Part shown: positions 26,601-41,600 of the stretch, piece by piece
How the letters are laid out: every line of letters starts with the position of its first letter
Numbering within the stretch: the stretch's first letter is position 1
NCBI GenBank assembly: GCA_964016885.1
Contig: OZ024740.1
Coordinates: 391,716,001 to 391,780,000, forward strand
From: Eledone cirrhosa
Lineage: Eukaryota
DNA length: 64,000 bases
Direction of reading: 5' to 3'
Position numbers and translations under genes: made by a program
Notes under the pieces: generated by a model
What the model was told of the DNA's origin: nothing
The model's input: the letters and a program-made list of their open reading frames with translations, nothing else
Databases searched by the model: none

Positions 26601-29600
26601 TTGGAATGGTATTGGCACCAGCATTGTTTGGAATGGTATTGGCACCAGCATTGTTTGGAATGGTATTGGCACCAGCATTGTTTGGAGTGGTATTGGTACC
26701 AGCATTGTTTGGAATGGTATTGACACCAGCATTGTTTGGAGTGGTATTGGCACCAGCATTGTTTGGAGTGGTATTGACACCAGCATTGTTTGGAGTGGTA
26801 TTGGCACCAGCATTGTTTGGAGTGGTATTGGCACCAGCATTGTTTGGAATGGTATTGACACCAGCATTGTTTGGAGTGGTATTGGCACCAGCATTGTTTG
26901 GAGTGGTATTGACACCAGCATTGTTTGGAGTGGTATTGGCACCAGCATTGTTTGGAGTGGTATTGGCACCAGCATTGTTTGGAATGGTATTGACACCAGC
27001 ATTGTTTGACGTGGTATTGGCACCAGCATTGTTTGGAATGGTATTGGCACCAGCATTATTTGGAATGGTATTGGCACCAGCATTGTTTGGAATGGTATTG
27101 GCACCAGCATTGTTTGGAGTGGTATTGGCACCAGCATTGTTTGGAATGGTATTGGCACCAGCATTGTTTGGAGTGGTATTGGCACCAGCATTGTTTGGAG
27201 TGGTATTGGCACCAGCATTGTTTGGAATGGTATTGGCACCAGCATTATTTGGAATGGTATTGGCACCAGCATTGTTTGGAATGGTATTGGCACCAGCATT
27301 GTTTGGAGTGTTATTGGCACCAGCATTGTTTGGAATGGTATTGGCACCAGCATTGTTTGGAATGGTATTGGCACCAGCATTGTTTGGAGTGGTATTGGCA
27401 CTAGCATTGTTTGGAATGGTATTGACACCAGCTTTGTTTGGAATGGTATTGGCACCAGCATTGTTTGGAATGGTATTGGCACCAGCATTGTTTGGAATGG
27501 TATTGGCACCAGCATTGTTTGAAATGGTATTGGCACCAGCATTGTTTGGAATGGTATTGGCACCAGCATTGTTTGGAGTGGTATTGGCACCAGCATTGTT
27601 TGGAATGGCATTGGCACCAGCATTGTTTGGAATGGTATTGGCACCAGCATTGTTTGGAATGGTATTGGCACCAGCATTGTTTGGAATGGTATTGGTACCA
27701 GCATTGTTTAGAATGGTATTGGCACCAGCATTGTTTGTAATGGTATTGGCACCAGCATTGTTTCGAATGGCATTGGCACCAGCATTGTTTGGAATGGTAT
27801 TGACACCAGCATTGTTTGGAATGGTATTGGCACCAGCATTGTTCGTAATTGTATTGGCACCAGCATTGTTTGGAGTGGTATTGGCACCAGCATTGTTTGG
27901 AGTGGTATTGGCACCAGCATTGTTTGGAGTGGTATTGGTACCAGCATTGTTTGGAATGGTATTGGCACCAGCATTGTTTGGAATGGTATTGGCACCAGCA
28001 TTGTTTTGAATGGTATTGGCACCAGCATTGTTTGGAATGGTATTGGCACCAGCATTGTTTGGAGTGGTATTGGCACCCGCATTGTTTGGAGTGGTATTGG
28101 CACCCGCATTGTTTGGAGTGGTATTGGCACCAGCATTGTTTGGAATGGTATTAGCACCAGCATTGTTTGGAATGGTATTGGCACCAGCATTGTTTGGAAT
28201 GGTATTGGCACCAGCATTGTTTGGAATGGTATTGGCACCAGCATTGTTTGGAATGGTATTGGCACCAGCATTGTTTGGAATGGTATTGGCACCAGCATTG
28301 TTTGGAGTGGTATTGGTACCAGCATTGTTTGGAATGGTATTGACACCAGCATTGTTTGGAGTGGTATTGGCACCAGCATTGTTTGGAGTGGTATTGACAC
28401 CAGCATTGTTTGGAGTGGTATTGGCACCAGCATTGTTTGGAGTGGTATTGGCACCAGCATTGTTTGGAATGGTATTGACACCAGCATTGTTTGACGTGGT
28501 ATTGGCACCAGCATTGTTTGGAGTGGTATTGGCACCAGCATTGTTTGGAGTGGTATTGGCACCAGCATTGTTTGGAGTGGTATTGGCACCCGCATTGTTT
28601 GGAATGGTATTGGCACCAACATTGTTTGGAGTGATATTGGCACCAGCATTGTTTGGAATGGTATTGGCACCAGCATTGTTTGGAATGGTATTGGCACCAG
28701 CATTGTTTGGAATGGTATTGGCACCAGCATTGTTTGGAATGGTATTGGCACCAGCATTGTTTGGAGTGGTATTGGTACCAGCATTGTTTGGAATGGTATT
28801 GACACCAGCATTGTTTGGAGTGGTATTGGTACCAGCATTGTTTGGAATGGTATTGACACCAGCATTGTTTGGAGTGGTATTGGCACCAGCATTGTTTGGA
28901 GTGGTATTGACACCAGCATTGTTTGGAGTGGTATTGGCACCAGCATTGTTTGGAGTGGTATTGACACCAGCATTGTTTGGAGTGGTATTGACACCAGCAT
29001 TGTTTGGAGTGGTATTGGCACCAGCATTGTTTGGAGTGGTATTGGGACCAGCATTGTTTGGAATGGTATTGACACCAGCATTGTTTGGAGTGGTATTGGC
29101 ACCAGCATTGTTTGGAGTGGTATTGACACCAGCATTGTTTGGAGTGGTATTGGCACCAGCATTGTTTGGAGTGGTATTGACACCAGCATTGTTTGGAGTG
29201 GTATTGACACCAGCATTGTTTGGAGTGGTATTGGCACCAGCATTGTTTGGAGTGGTATTGGGACCAGCATTGTTTGGAATGGTATTGACACCAGCATTGT
29301 TTGGAGTGGTATTGGCACCAGCATTGTTTGGAGTGGTATTGACACCAGCATTGTTTGGAGTGGTATTGGCACCAGCATTGTTTGGAGTGGTATTGACACC
29401 AGCATTGTTTGGAGTGGTATTGGCACCAGCATTGTTTGGAGTGGTATTGACACCAGCATTGTTTGGAGTGGTATTGGCACCAGCATTGTTTGGAGTGGTA
29501 TTGGGACCAGCATTGTTTGGAATGGTATTGACACCAGCATTGTTTGGAGTGGTATTGGCACCCGCATTGTTTGGAGTGATATTGGCACCAGCATTGTTTG

Positions 29601-32600
29601 GAGTGGTATTGGCACCAGCATTGTTTGGAGTGGTATTGGTACCAGCATTGTTTGGAATGGTATTGGCACCAGCATTGTTTGGAATGGTATTGGCACCAGC
29701 ATTGTTTCGAATGGCATTGGCACCAGCATTGTTTGGAATGGTATTGACACCAGCATTGTTTGGAATGGTATTGGCACCAGCATTGTTCGTAATGGTATTG
29801 GCACCAGCATTGTTTGGAGTGGTATTGGCACCAGCATTGTTTGGAGTGGTATTGGCACCAGCATTGTTTGGAGTGGTATTGGTACCAGCATTGTTTGGAA
29901 TGGTATTGGCACCAGCATTGTTTGGAATGGTATTGGCACCAGCATTGTTTTGAATGGTATTGGCACCAGCATTGTTTGGAATGGTATTGGCACCAGCATT
30001 GTTTGGAATGGTATTGGCACCAGCATTGTTTGGAGTGGTATTGGTACCAGCATTGTTTGGAATGGTATTGACACCAGCATTGTTTGGAGTGGTATTGACA
30101 CCAGCATTGTTTGGAGTGGTATTGGCACCAGCATTGTTTGGAGTGGTATTGACACCAGCATTGTTTGGAGTGGTATTGGCACCAGCATTGTTTGGAGTGG
30201 TATTGACACCAGCATTGTTTGGAGTGGTATTGGCACCAGCATTGTTTGGAGTGGTATTGGGACCAGCATTGTTTGGAATGGTATTGACACCAGCATTGTT
30301 TGGAGTGGTATTGGCACCAGCATTGTTTGGAGTGGTATTGACACCAGCATTGTTTGGAGTGGTATTGGCACCAGCATTGTTTGGAGTGGTATTGACACCA
30401 GCATTGTTTGGAGTGGTATTGGCACCAGCATTGTTTGGAGTGGTATTGGGACCAGCATTGTTTGGAATGGTATTGACACCAGCATTGTTTGGAGTGGTAT
30501 TGGCACCCGCATTGTTTGGAGTGATATTGGCACCAGCATTGTTTGGAGTGGTATTGGCACCAGCATTGTTTCGAATGGCATTGGCACCAGCATTGTTTGG
30601 AATGGTATTGACACCAGCATTGTTTGGAATGGTATTGGCACCAGCATTGTTTGGAATGGTATTGGCACCAGCATTGTTTGGAATGGTATTGGCACCAGCA
30701 TTGTTTGGAGTGGTATTGGTACCAGCATTGTTTGGAATGGTATTGGCACCAGCATTGTTTGGAATGGTATTGGCACCAGCATTGTTTGGAATGGTATTGG
30801 CACCAGCATTGTTTGGAATGGTATTGGCACCAGCATTGTTTGGAGTGGTATTGGTACCAGCATTGTTTGGAATGGTATTGACACCAGCATTGTTTGGAGT
30901 GGTATTGGTACCAGCATTGTTTGGAATGGTATTGACACCAGCATTGTTTGGAGTGGTATTGGCACCAGCATTGTTTGGAGTGGTATTGACACCAGCATTG
31001 TTTGGAGTGGTATTGGCACCAGCATTGTTTGGAGTGGTATTGACACCAGCATTGTTTGGAGTGGTATTGACACCAGCATTGTTTGGAGTGGTATTGGCAC
31101 CAGCATTGTTTGGAGTGGTATTGGCACCAGCATTGTTTGGAGTGGTATTGGCACCAGCATTGTTTGGAGTGGTATTGACACCAGCATTGTTTGGAGTGGT
31201 ATTGACACCAGCATTGTTTGGAGTGGTATTGACACCAGCATTGTTTGGAGTGGTATTGGCACCAGCATTGTTTGGAGTGGTATTGGGACCAGCATTGTTT
31301 GGAATGGTATTGACACCAGCATTGTTTGGAGTGGTATTGGCACCAGCATTGTTTGGAGTGGTATTGACACCAGCATTGTTTGGAGTGGTATTGGCACCAG
31401 CATTGTTTGGAGTGGTATTGACACCAGCATTGTTTGGAGTGGTATTGGCACCAGCATTGTTTGGAGTGGTATTGACACCAGCATTGTTTGGAGTGGTATT
31501 GGCACCAGCATTGTTTGGAGTGGTATTGGGACCAGCATTGTTTGGAATGGTATTGACACCAGCATTGTTTGGAGTGGTATTGGCACCCGCATTGTTTGGA
31601 GTGATATTGGCACCAGCATTGTTTGGAGTGGTATTGGCACCAGCATTGTTTGGAGTGGTATTGGTACCAGCATTGTTTGGAATGGTATTGGCACCAGCAT
31701 TGTTTGGAATGGTATTGGCACCAGCATTGTTTCGAATGGCATTGGCACCAGCATTGTTTGGAATGGTATTGACACCAGCATTGTTTTGAATGGTATTGGC
31801 ACCAGCATTGTTTGGAATGGTATTGGCACCAGCATTGTTTGGAATGGTATTGGCACCAGCATTGTTTGGAGTGGTATTGGTACCAGCATTGTTTGGAATG
31901 GTATTGACACCAGCATTGTTTGGAGTGGTATTGACACCAGCATTGTTTGGAGTGGTATTGGCACCAGCATTGTTTGGAGTGGTATTGACACCAGCATTGT
32001 TTGGAGTGGTATTGGCACCAGCATTGTTTGGAGTGGTATTGACACCAGCATTGTTTGGAGTGGTATTGGCACCAGCATTGTTTGGAGTGGTATTGGGACC
32101 AGCATTGTTTGGAATGGTATTGACACCAGCATTGTTTGGAGTGGTATTGGCACCAGCATTGTTTGGAGTGGTATTGACACCAGCATTGTTTGGAGTGGTA
32201 TTGGCACCAGCATTGTTTGGAGTGGTATTGACACCAGCATTGTTTGGAGTGGTATTGGCACCAGCATTGTTTGGAGTGGTATTGGGACCAGCATTGTTTG
32301 GAATGGTATTGACACCAGCATTGTTTGGAGTGGTATTGGCACCCGCATTGTTTGGAGTGATATTGGCACCAGCATTGTTTGGAGTGGTATTGGCACCAGC
32401 ATTGTTTCGAATGGCATTGGCACCAGCATTGTTTGGAATGGTATTGACACCAGCATTGTTTGGAATGGTATTGGCACCAGCATTGTTCGTAATGGTATTG
32501 GCACCAGCATTGTTTGGAGTGGTATTGGCACCAGCATTGTTTGGAGTGGTATTGGCACCAGCATTGTTTGGAGTGGTATTGGCACCAGCATTGTTTGGAG

Positions 32601-35600
32601 TGGTATTGGTACCAGCATTGTTTGGAATGGTATTGGCACCAGCATTGTTTGTAATGGTATTGGCACCAGCATTGTTTGTAATGGTATTGGCACCAGCATT
32701 GTTTGGAATGGTATTGGCACCAGCATTGTTTGGAGTGGTATTGACACCAGCATTGTTTGGAGTGGTATTGGCACCAGCATTGTTTGGAGTGGTATTGACA
32801 CCAGCATTGTTTGGAGTGGTATTGGCACCAGCATTGTTTGGAGTGGTATTGGGACCAGCATTGTTTGGAATGGTATTGACACCAGCATTGTTTGGAGTGG
32901 TATTGGCACCCGCATTGTTTGGAGTGATATTGGCACCAGCATTGTTTGGAGTGGTATTGGCACCAGCATTGTTTGGAGTGGTATTGGTACCAGCATTGTT
33001 TGGAATGGTATTGGCACCAGCATTGTTTGGAATGGTATTGGCACCAGCATTGTTTCGAATGGCATTGGCACCAGCATTGTTTGGAATGGTATTGACACCA
33101 GCATTGTTTGGAATGGTATTGGCACCAGCATTGTTCGTAATGGTATTGGCACCAGCATTGTTTGGAGTGGTATTGGCACCAGCATTGTTTGGAGTGGTAT
33201 TGGCACCAGCATTGTTTGGAGTGGTATTGGCACCAGCATTGTTTGGAATGGTATTGGCACCAGCATTGTTTGGAATGGTATTGGCACCAGCATTGTTTTG
33301 AATGGTATTGGCACCAGCATTGTTTGGAATGGTATTGGCACCAGCATTGTTTGGAATGGTATTGGCACCAGCATTGTTTGGAGTGGTATTGGTACCAGCA
33401 TTGTTTGGAATGGTATTGACACCAGCATTGTTTGGAGTGGTATTGACACCAGCATTGTTTGGAGTGGTATTGGCACCAGCATTGTTTGGAGTGGTATTGA
33501 CACCAGCATTGTTTGGAGTGGTATTGGCACCAGCATTGTTTGGAGTGGTATTGACACCAGCATTGTTTGGAGTGGTATTGGCACCAGCATTGTTTGGAGT
33601 GGTATTGGGACCAGCAATGTTTGGAATGGTATTGACACCAGCATTGTTTGGAGTGGTATTGGCACCAGCATTGTTTGGAGTGGTATTGACACCAGCATTG
33701 TTTGGAGTGGTATTGGCACCAGCATTGTTTGGAGTGGTATTGACACCAGCATTGTTTGGAGTGGTATTGGCACCAGCATTGTTTGGAGTGGTATTGGGAC
33801 CAGCATTGTTTGGAATGGTATTGACACCAGCATTGTTTGGAGTGGTATTGGCATCCGCATTGTTTGGAGTGATATTGGCACCAGCATTGTTTGGAGTGGT
33901 ATTGGCACCAGCATTGTTTCGAATGGCATTGGCACCAGCATTGTTTGGAATGGTATTGACACCAGCATTGTTTGGAATGGTATTGGCACCAGCATTGTTC
34001 GTAATGGTATTGGCACCAGCATTGTTTGGAGTGGTATTGGCACCAGCATTGTTTGGAGTGGTATTGGCACCAGCATTGTTTGGAGTGGTATTGGCACCAG
34101 CATTGTTTGGAGTGGTATTGGTACCAGCATTGTTTGGAATGGTATTGGCACCAGCATTGTTTGTAATGGTATTGGCACCAGCATTGTTTGTAATGGTATT
34201 GGCACCAGCATTGTTTGGAATGGTATTGGCACCAGCATTGTTTGGAATGGTATTGGCACCAGCATTGTTTGGAGTGGTATTGGCACCTGCATTGTTTGGA
34301 GTGGTATTGGCAACTGCATTGTTTGGAGTGTTATTGGCACCAGCATTGTTTGGAATGGTATTGGCACCAGCATTGTTTGGAATGGTATTGGCACCAGCAT
34401 TGTTTGTAATGGTATTGGCACCAGCATTGTTTGGAATGGTATTGGCACCAGCACTGTTTGGAATGGTATTGGCACCAGCATTGTTTGGAGTGGTATTGGC
34501 ACCAGCATTGTTTGGAGTGTTATTGGCACCAGCATTGTTTGGAATGGTATTGGCACCAGCATTGTTTGGAATGGTATTGGCACCAGCATTGTTTGGAATG
34601 GTAATGGCACCAGCATTGTTTGGAATGGTATTGGCACCAGCATTGTTTGGAATGGTATTGGCACCAGCATTGTTTGGAATGGTATTGGCACCAGCATTGT
34701 TTGTAATGGTATTGGCACCAGTATTGTTTCGAATGGCATTGGCACCAGCATTGTTTGGAATGGTATTGACACCAGCATTGTTTGGAATGGTATTGGCACC
34801 AGCATTGTTTGGAATGGTATTGGCACCAGCATTGTTTGGAGTGGTATTGGCACCCGCATTGTTTGGAGTGGTATTGGCACCAGCATTGTTTGGAATGGTA
34901 TTGGCACCAGCATTGTTTGGAATGGTATTGGCACCAGTATTGTTTGGAATGGTATTGGCACCAGCATTGTTTGGAATGGTATTGGCACCAGCATTGTTTG
35001 GAATGGTATTGGCACCAGCATTGTTTGGAATGGTATTGGCACCAGCATTGTTTGGAGTGGTATTGGTACCAGCATTGTTTGGAATGGTATTGACACCAGC
35101 ATTGTTTGGAGTGGTATTGGCACCAGCATTGTTTGGAGTGGTATTGACACCAGCATTGTTTGGAGTGGTATTGGCACCAGCATTGTTTGGAGTGGTATTG
35201 GCACCAGCATTGTTTGGAATGGTATTGACACCAGCATTGTTTGGAGTGGTATTGGCACCAGCATTGTTTGGAGTGGTATTGGCACCAGCATTGTTTGGAG
35301 TGGTATTGGCACCAGCATTGTTTGGAGTGGTATTGGCACCCGCATTGTTTGGAATGGTATTGGCACCAACATTGTTTGGAGTGATATTGGCACCAGCATT
35401 GTTTGGAATGGTATTGGCACCAGCATTGTTTGGAATGGTATTGGCACCAGCATTGTTTGGAATGGTATTGGCACCAGCATTGTTTGGAATGGTATTGGCA
35501 CCAGCATTGTTTGGAATGGTATTGGCACCAGCATTGTTTGGAGTGGTATTGGTACCAGCATTGTTTGGAATGGTATTGACACCAGCATTGTTTGGAGTGG

Positions 35601-38600
35601 TATTGGCACCAGCATTGTTTGGAGTGGTATTGACACCAGCATTGTTTGGAGTGGTATTGGCACCAGCATTGTTTGGAGTGGTATTGGCACCAGCATTATT
35701 TGGAATGGTATTGACACCAGCATTGTTTGGAATGGTATTGGCACCAGCATTGTTTGAAATGGTATTGGCACCAGCATTGTTTGGAATGGTATTGGCACCA
35801 GCATTGTTTGGAATGGTATTGGCACCAGCATTGTTTGGAGTGGTATTGGTACCAGCATTGTTTGGAATGGTATTGACACCAGCATTGTTTGGAGTGGTAT
35901 TGGCACCAGCATTGTTTGGAATGGTATTGACACCAGCATTGTTTGGAGTGGTATTGACACCAGCATTGTTTGGAGTGGTATTGGCACCAGCATTGTTTGG
36001 AGTGGTATTGGTACCAGCATTGTTTGGAATGGTATTGACACCAGCATTGTTTGGAGTGGTATTGACACCAGCATTGTTTGGAGTGGTATTGGCACCAGCA
36101 TTGTTTGGAGTGGTATTGACACCAGCATTGTTTGGAGTGGTATTGGCACCAGCATTGTTTGGAGTGGTATTGGGACCAGCATTGTTTGGAATGGTATTGA
36201 CACCAGCATTGTTTGGAGTGGTATTGGCACCAGCATTGTTTGGAGTGGTATTGGCACCAGCATTGTTTGGAGTGGTATTGGTACCAGCATTGTTTGGAAT
36301 GGTATTGGCACCAGCATTGTTTGGAATGGTATTGGCACCAGCATTGTTTGGAATGGTATTGGCACCAGCATTGTTTGGAATGGTATTGGCACCAGCATTG
36401 TTTGGAATGGTATTGGCACCAGCATTGTTTGGAATGGTATTGGCACCAGCATTGTTTGTAATGGTATTGGCACCAGCATTGTTTCGAATGGCATTGGCAC
36501 CAGCATTGTTTGGAATGGTATTGACACCAGCATTGTTTGGAATGGTATTGGCACCAGCATTGTTTGGAGTGGTATTGGCACCAGCATTGTTTGGAGTGGT
36601 ATTGGTACCAGCATTGTTTGGAATGGTATTGGCACCAGCATTGTTTGGAATGGTATTGGCACCAGCATTGTTTTGAATGGTATTGGCACCAGCATTGTTT
36701 GGAATGGTATTGGCACCAGCATTGTTTGGAGTGGTATTGGCACCCGCATTGTTTGGAGTGGTATTGGCACCAGCATTGTTTGGAATGGTATTGGCACCAG
36801 CATTGTTTGGAATGGTATTGGCACCAGTATTGTTTGGATTGGTATTGGCACCAGCATTGTTTGGAATGGTATTGGCACCAGCATTGTTTGGAATGGTATT
36901 GGCACCAGCATTGTTTGGAATGGTATTGGCACCAGCATTGTTTGGAGTGGTATTGGTACCAGCATTGTTTGGAATGGTATTGACACCAGCATTGTTCGGA
37001 GTGGTATTGGCACCAGCATTGTTTGGAGTGGTATTGACACCAGCATTGTTTGGAGTGGTATTGGCACCAGCATTGTTTGGAGTGGTATTGGCACCAGCAT
37101 TGTTTGGAATGGTATTGACACCAGCATTGTTTGGAGTGGTATTGGCACCAGCATTGTTTGGAGTGGTATTGGCACCAGCATTGTTTGGAGTGGTATTGGC
37201 ACCAGCATTGTTTGGAGTGGTATTGGCACCCGCATTGTTTGGAATGGTATTGGCACCAACATTGTTTGGAGTGATATTGGCACCAGCATTGTTTGGAATG
37301 GTATTGGCACCAGCATTGTTTGGAATGGTATTGGCACCAGCATTGTTTGGAATGGTATTGGCACCAGCATTGTTTGGAATGGTATTGGCACCAGCATTGT
37401 TTGGAATGGTATTGGCACCAGCATTGTTTGGAGTGGTATTGGTACCAGCATTGTTTGGAATGGTATTGACACCAGCATTGTTTGGAGTGGTATTGGCACC
37501 AGCATTGTTTGGAGTGGTATTGACACCAGCATTGTTTGGAGTGGTATTGGCACCAGCATTGTTTGGAGTGGTATTGGCACCAGCATTGTTTGGAATGGTA
37601 TTGACACCAGCATTGTTTGGAGTGGTATTGGCACCAGCATTGTTTGGAGTGGTATTGGCACCAGCATTGTTTGGAGTGGTATTGGTACCAGCATTGTTTG
37701 GAATGGTATTGGCACCAGCATTGTTTGTAATGGTATTGGCACCAGCATTGTTTGTAATGGTATTGGCACCAGCATTGTTTGGAATGGTATTGGCACCAGC
37801 ATTGTTTGGAATGGTATTGGCACCAGCATTGTTTGGAGTGGTATTGGCACCTGCATTGTTTGGAGTGGTATTGGCAACTGCATTGTTTGGAGTGTTATTG
37901 GCACCAGCATTGTTTGGAATGGTATTGGCACCAGCATTGTTTGGAATGGTATTGGCACCAGCATTGTTTGTAATGGTATTGGCACCAGCATTGTTTGGAA
38001 TGGTATTGGCACCAGCATTGTTTGGAATGGTATTGGCACCAGCATTGTTTGGAGTGGTATTGGCACCAGCATTGTTTGGAGTGTTATTGGCACCAGCATT
38101 GTTTGGAATGGTATTGGCACCAGCATTGTTTGGAATGGTATTGGCACCAGCATTGTTTGGAATGGTAATGGCACCAGCATTGTTTGGAATGGTATTGGCA
38201 CCAGCATTGTTTCGAGTGGTATTGGCACTAGCATTGTTTGGAATGGTATTGACACCAGCTTTGTTTGGAATGGTATTGGCACCAGCATTGTTTGGAATGG
38301 TATTGGCACCAGCATTGTTTGGAATGGTATTGGCACCAGCATTGTTTGGAATGGTATTGGCACCAGCATTGTTTGGAGTGGTATTGGCACCAGCATTGTT
38401 TGGAATGGTATTGGCACCAGCATTGTTTGGAGTGGTATTGGCACCAGCATTGTTTGGAATGGTATTGGCACCAGCATTGTTTGTAATGGTATTGGCACCA
38501 GCATTGTTTGTAATGGTATTGGCACCAGCATTGTTTGGAATGGTATTGGCACCAGCATTGTTTGGAATGGTATTGACACCAGCATTGTTTGGAATGGTAT

Positions 38601-41600
38601 TGGCACCAGCATTGTTCGTAATGGTATTGGCACCAGCATTGTTTGGAGTGGTATTGGCACCAGCATTGTTTGGAGTGGTATTGGCACCAGCATTGTTTGG
38701 AGTGGTATTGGTACCAGCATTGTTTGGAATGGTATTGGCACCAGCATTGTTTGGAATGGTATTGGCACCAGCATTGTTTGGAATCGTGTTGGCACCAGCA
38801 TTGTTTGGAATGGTATTGGCACGAGCATTGTTTGGAATGGTATTGGCACCAGCATTGTTTGGAATCGTGTTGGCACCAGCATTGTTTGGAATGGTATTGG
38901 CACGAGCATTGTTTGGAATGGTATTGGCACCAGCATTGTTTGGAATCGTGTTGGCACCAGCATTGTTTGGAATGGTATTGGCACGAGCATTGTTTGGAAT
39001 GGTATTGGCACCAGCATTGTTTGGAATGGTATTGGCACCAGCATTGTTTGGAGTGTTATTGGTACCAGCATTGTTTGGAATGGTATTGGCACCAGCATTG
39101 TTTTGAATGGTATTGGCACCAGCATTGTTTTGAATGGTATTGGCGCTAGCATTATTTGTAATGGTATTGGCACCAGCATTGTTTGGAATGGTAATGGCAC
39201 CAACATTGTTTGTAATGGTATTGGCACCAGCATTGTTTGGAGTGGTATTGGCACCAGCATTGTTTGGAATGGTATTGGTACCAGCATATGTTGGAATGGT
39301 ATTGGCACCAACATTGTTTGGAGTGGTATTGGCACCAGCATTGTTTGTAATGGTATTAGCACCAGCATTGTTTGGTATGGTATTGGCACCAGCATTGTTT
39401 GTAGAGGTATTGGCACCAGCATTGTTTGGAGTGGTATTGGCACCAGCATTGTTTGGAATGGTATTGGCACCAGCATTGTTTGGAATGGTAATGGCACCAG
39501 CATTGTTTGTAATGGTATTGGCACCAGTATTGTTTGGAATGGTATTGGCACCAGCATTGTTTGTAATGGTATTGGCACCAGCATTGTTTGGAGTGGTATT
39601 GGCACCAGCATTGTTTGGAATGGTATTGGCACCAGCATTGTTTGGAGTGGTATTGGCACCAGCATTGTTTGGAGTGGTATTGGTACCAGCATTGTTTGGA
39701 GTGGTATTGGTACCAGCATTGTTTGTAATGGTATTGGCACCAGCATGGTTTGGAGCGTTATTGGTACCAGGATTGTTTGGAATGGTATTGGCACCAGCAT
39801 TGTTTGGAATGGTATTGGCACCAGCATTGTTTGAAATGGTATTGGCACCAGCATTGTTTGGAATGGTATTGGCACCAGCATTGTTTGGAATGGTATTGGC
39901 ACCAGCATTGTTTAGAATCGTGTTGGCACCAGCATTGTTTGGAATGGTATTGGCACGAGCATTGTTTGGAATGGTATTGGCACGAGCATTGTTTGGAATG
40001 GTATTGGCACCAGCATTGTTTGGAATGGTATTGGCACCAGCATTCTTTGGAATGGTATTGGCACTAGCTTTGTTTGGAATGGTATTGGCACCAGCATTGT
40101 TTGGAATGGTATTGGCACCAGCATTGTTTGGGATGGTATTGGCACCAGTATTGTTTGGAATGCTATTGGCACCAGCATTGTTTGGAGTAGTATTGGCACC
40201 AGCATTGTATGGAATGGTATTGGCACCAGCATTGTTTGTAATAGTATTGGCACCAGCATTGTTTGGAGTGGTATTGGCACCAGCATTGTTTGGAATGGTA
40301 TTGGCACCAGCATTGTTTGGAGAGGTAATGGCACCAGCATTGTTTGGAATGGTATTGGCACCAGCATCGTTTGGAGAGGTATTGGCACCAGCATTGTTTG
40401 GAAAGGTATTGGCACGAGCATTGTTTGGAATAGTATTGGCACCAGCATTGTTTGGAGAGGTATTGGCACCAGCTTGTTTGGAGTGGTATTGGCACCAACA
40501 TTGTTTGGAATGGTATTGGCACCAGCATTGTTTGGAATGGTATTGGCACCAGCATTGTTTGGAATGGTATTGGCACGAGCATTGTTTGGAATGGTATTGG
40601 CACGAGCATTGTTTGGAATGGTATTGGCACCAGCATTGTTTGGAGTGGTATTGGCACCAGCATTGTTTGGAGTGGTATTGGCAGCAGCATTGTTTGGAAT
40701 TGTGTTGGCACCAGCATTGTTTGGAATGGTATTGGCACCAGCAGTGTTTGGAATGGTATTGGCACCAGCATTGTTTGGAGAGGTATTGGCACCAGCATTG
40801 TTTGGAGTGGTATTGGCACCAGCATTGTTTGGAGTGGTATTGGCAGCAGCATTGTTTGGAATTGTGTTGGCACCAGCATTGTTTGGAATGGTATTGGCAC
40901 CAGCAATGTTTGGAATGGTATTGGCACCAGCATTGTTTGGAGAGGTATTGGCACCAGCATTGTTTGGAGTGGCATTGGCACCAGCATTGTTTGGAATGGC
41001 ATTGGCACCAACATTGTTTGGAATGGTAATGGCACCAGCATTGTTTGTAATGGTATTGGCACCAACATTGTTTGGAATGGTATTGGCACCAGCATTGTTT
41101 GTAATGGTATTGGCACCAGCATTGTTTGGAGAGGTATTGGCACCAGCATTGTTTGGAGAGGTATTGGCACCAGCATTGTTTGGAGTGGTATTGGCACCAG
41201 CATTGTTTGGAATTGTATTGGCACCAGCATTGTTTGGAATGGTAATGGCACCAGAATTGTTTGGAATGGTATTGGCACCAGCATTGTTTGTAATGGTATT
41301 GGCACCAGCATTGTTTGGAATGGTATTGGCACCAGCATTGTTTGGAGTGGTATTGGCACCAGCATTGTTTGGAGTGGTATTGGTACCAGCATTGTTTGGA
41401 GTGGTATTGGTACCAGCATTGTTTGGAATGGTATTGGCACCAGCATGGTTTGGAGTGTTATTGGTACCAGGATTGTTTGGAATGGTATTGGCACCAGCAT
41501 TGTTTGGAATGGTATTGGCACCAGCATTGTTTGGAATGGTATTGGCACGAGCATTGTTTGAAATGGTATTGGCACCAGCATTGTTTGTAATGGTATTGGC

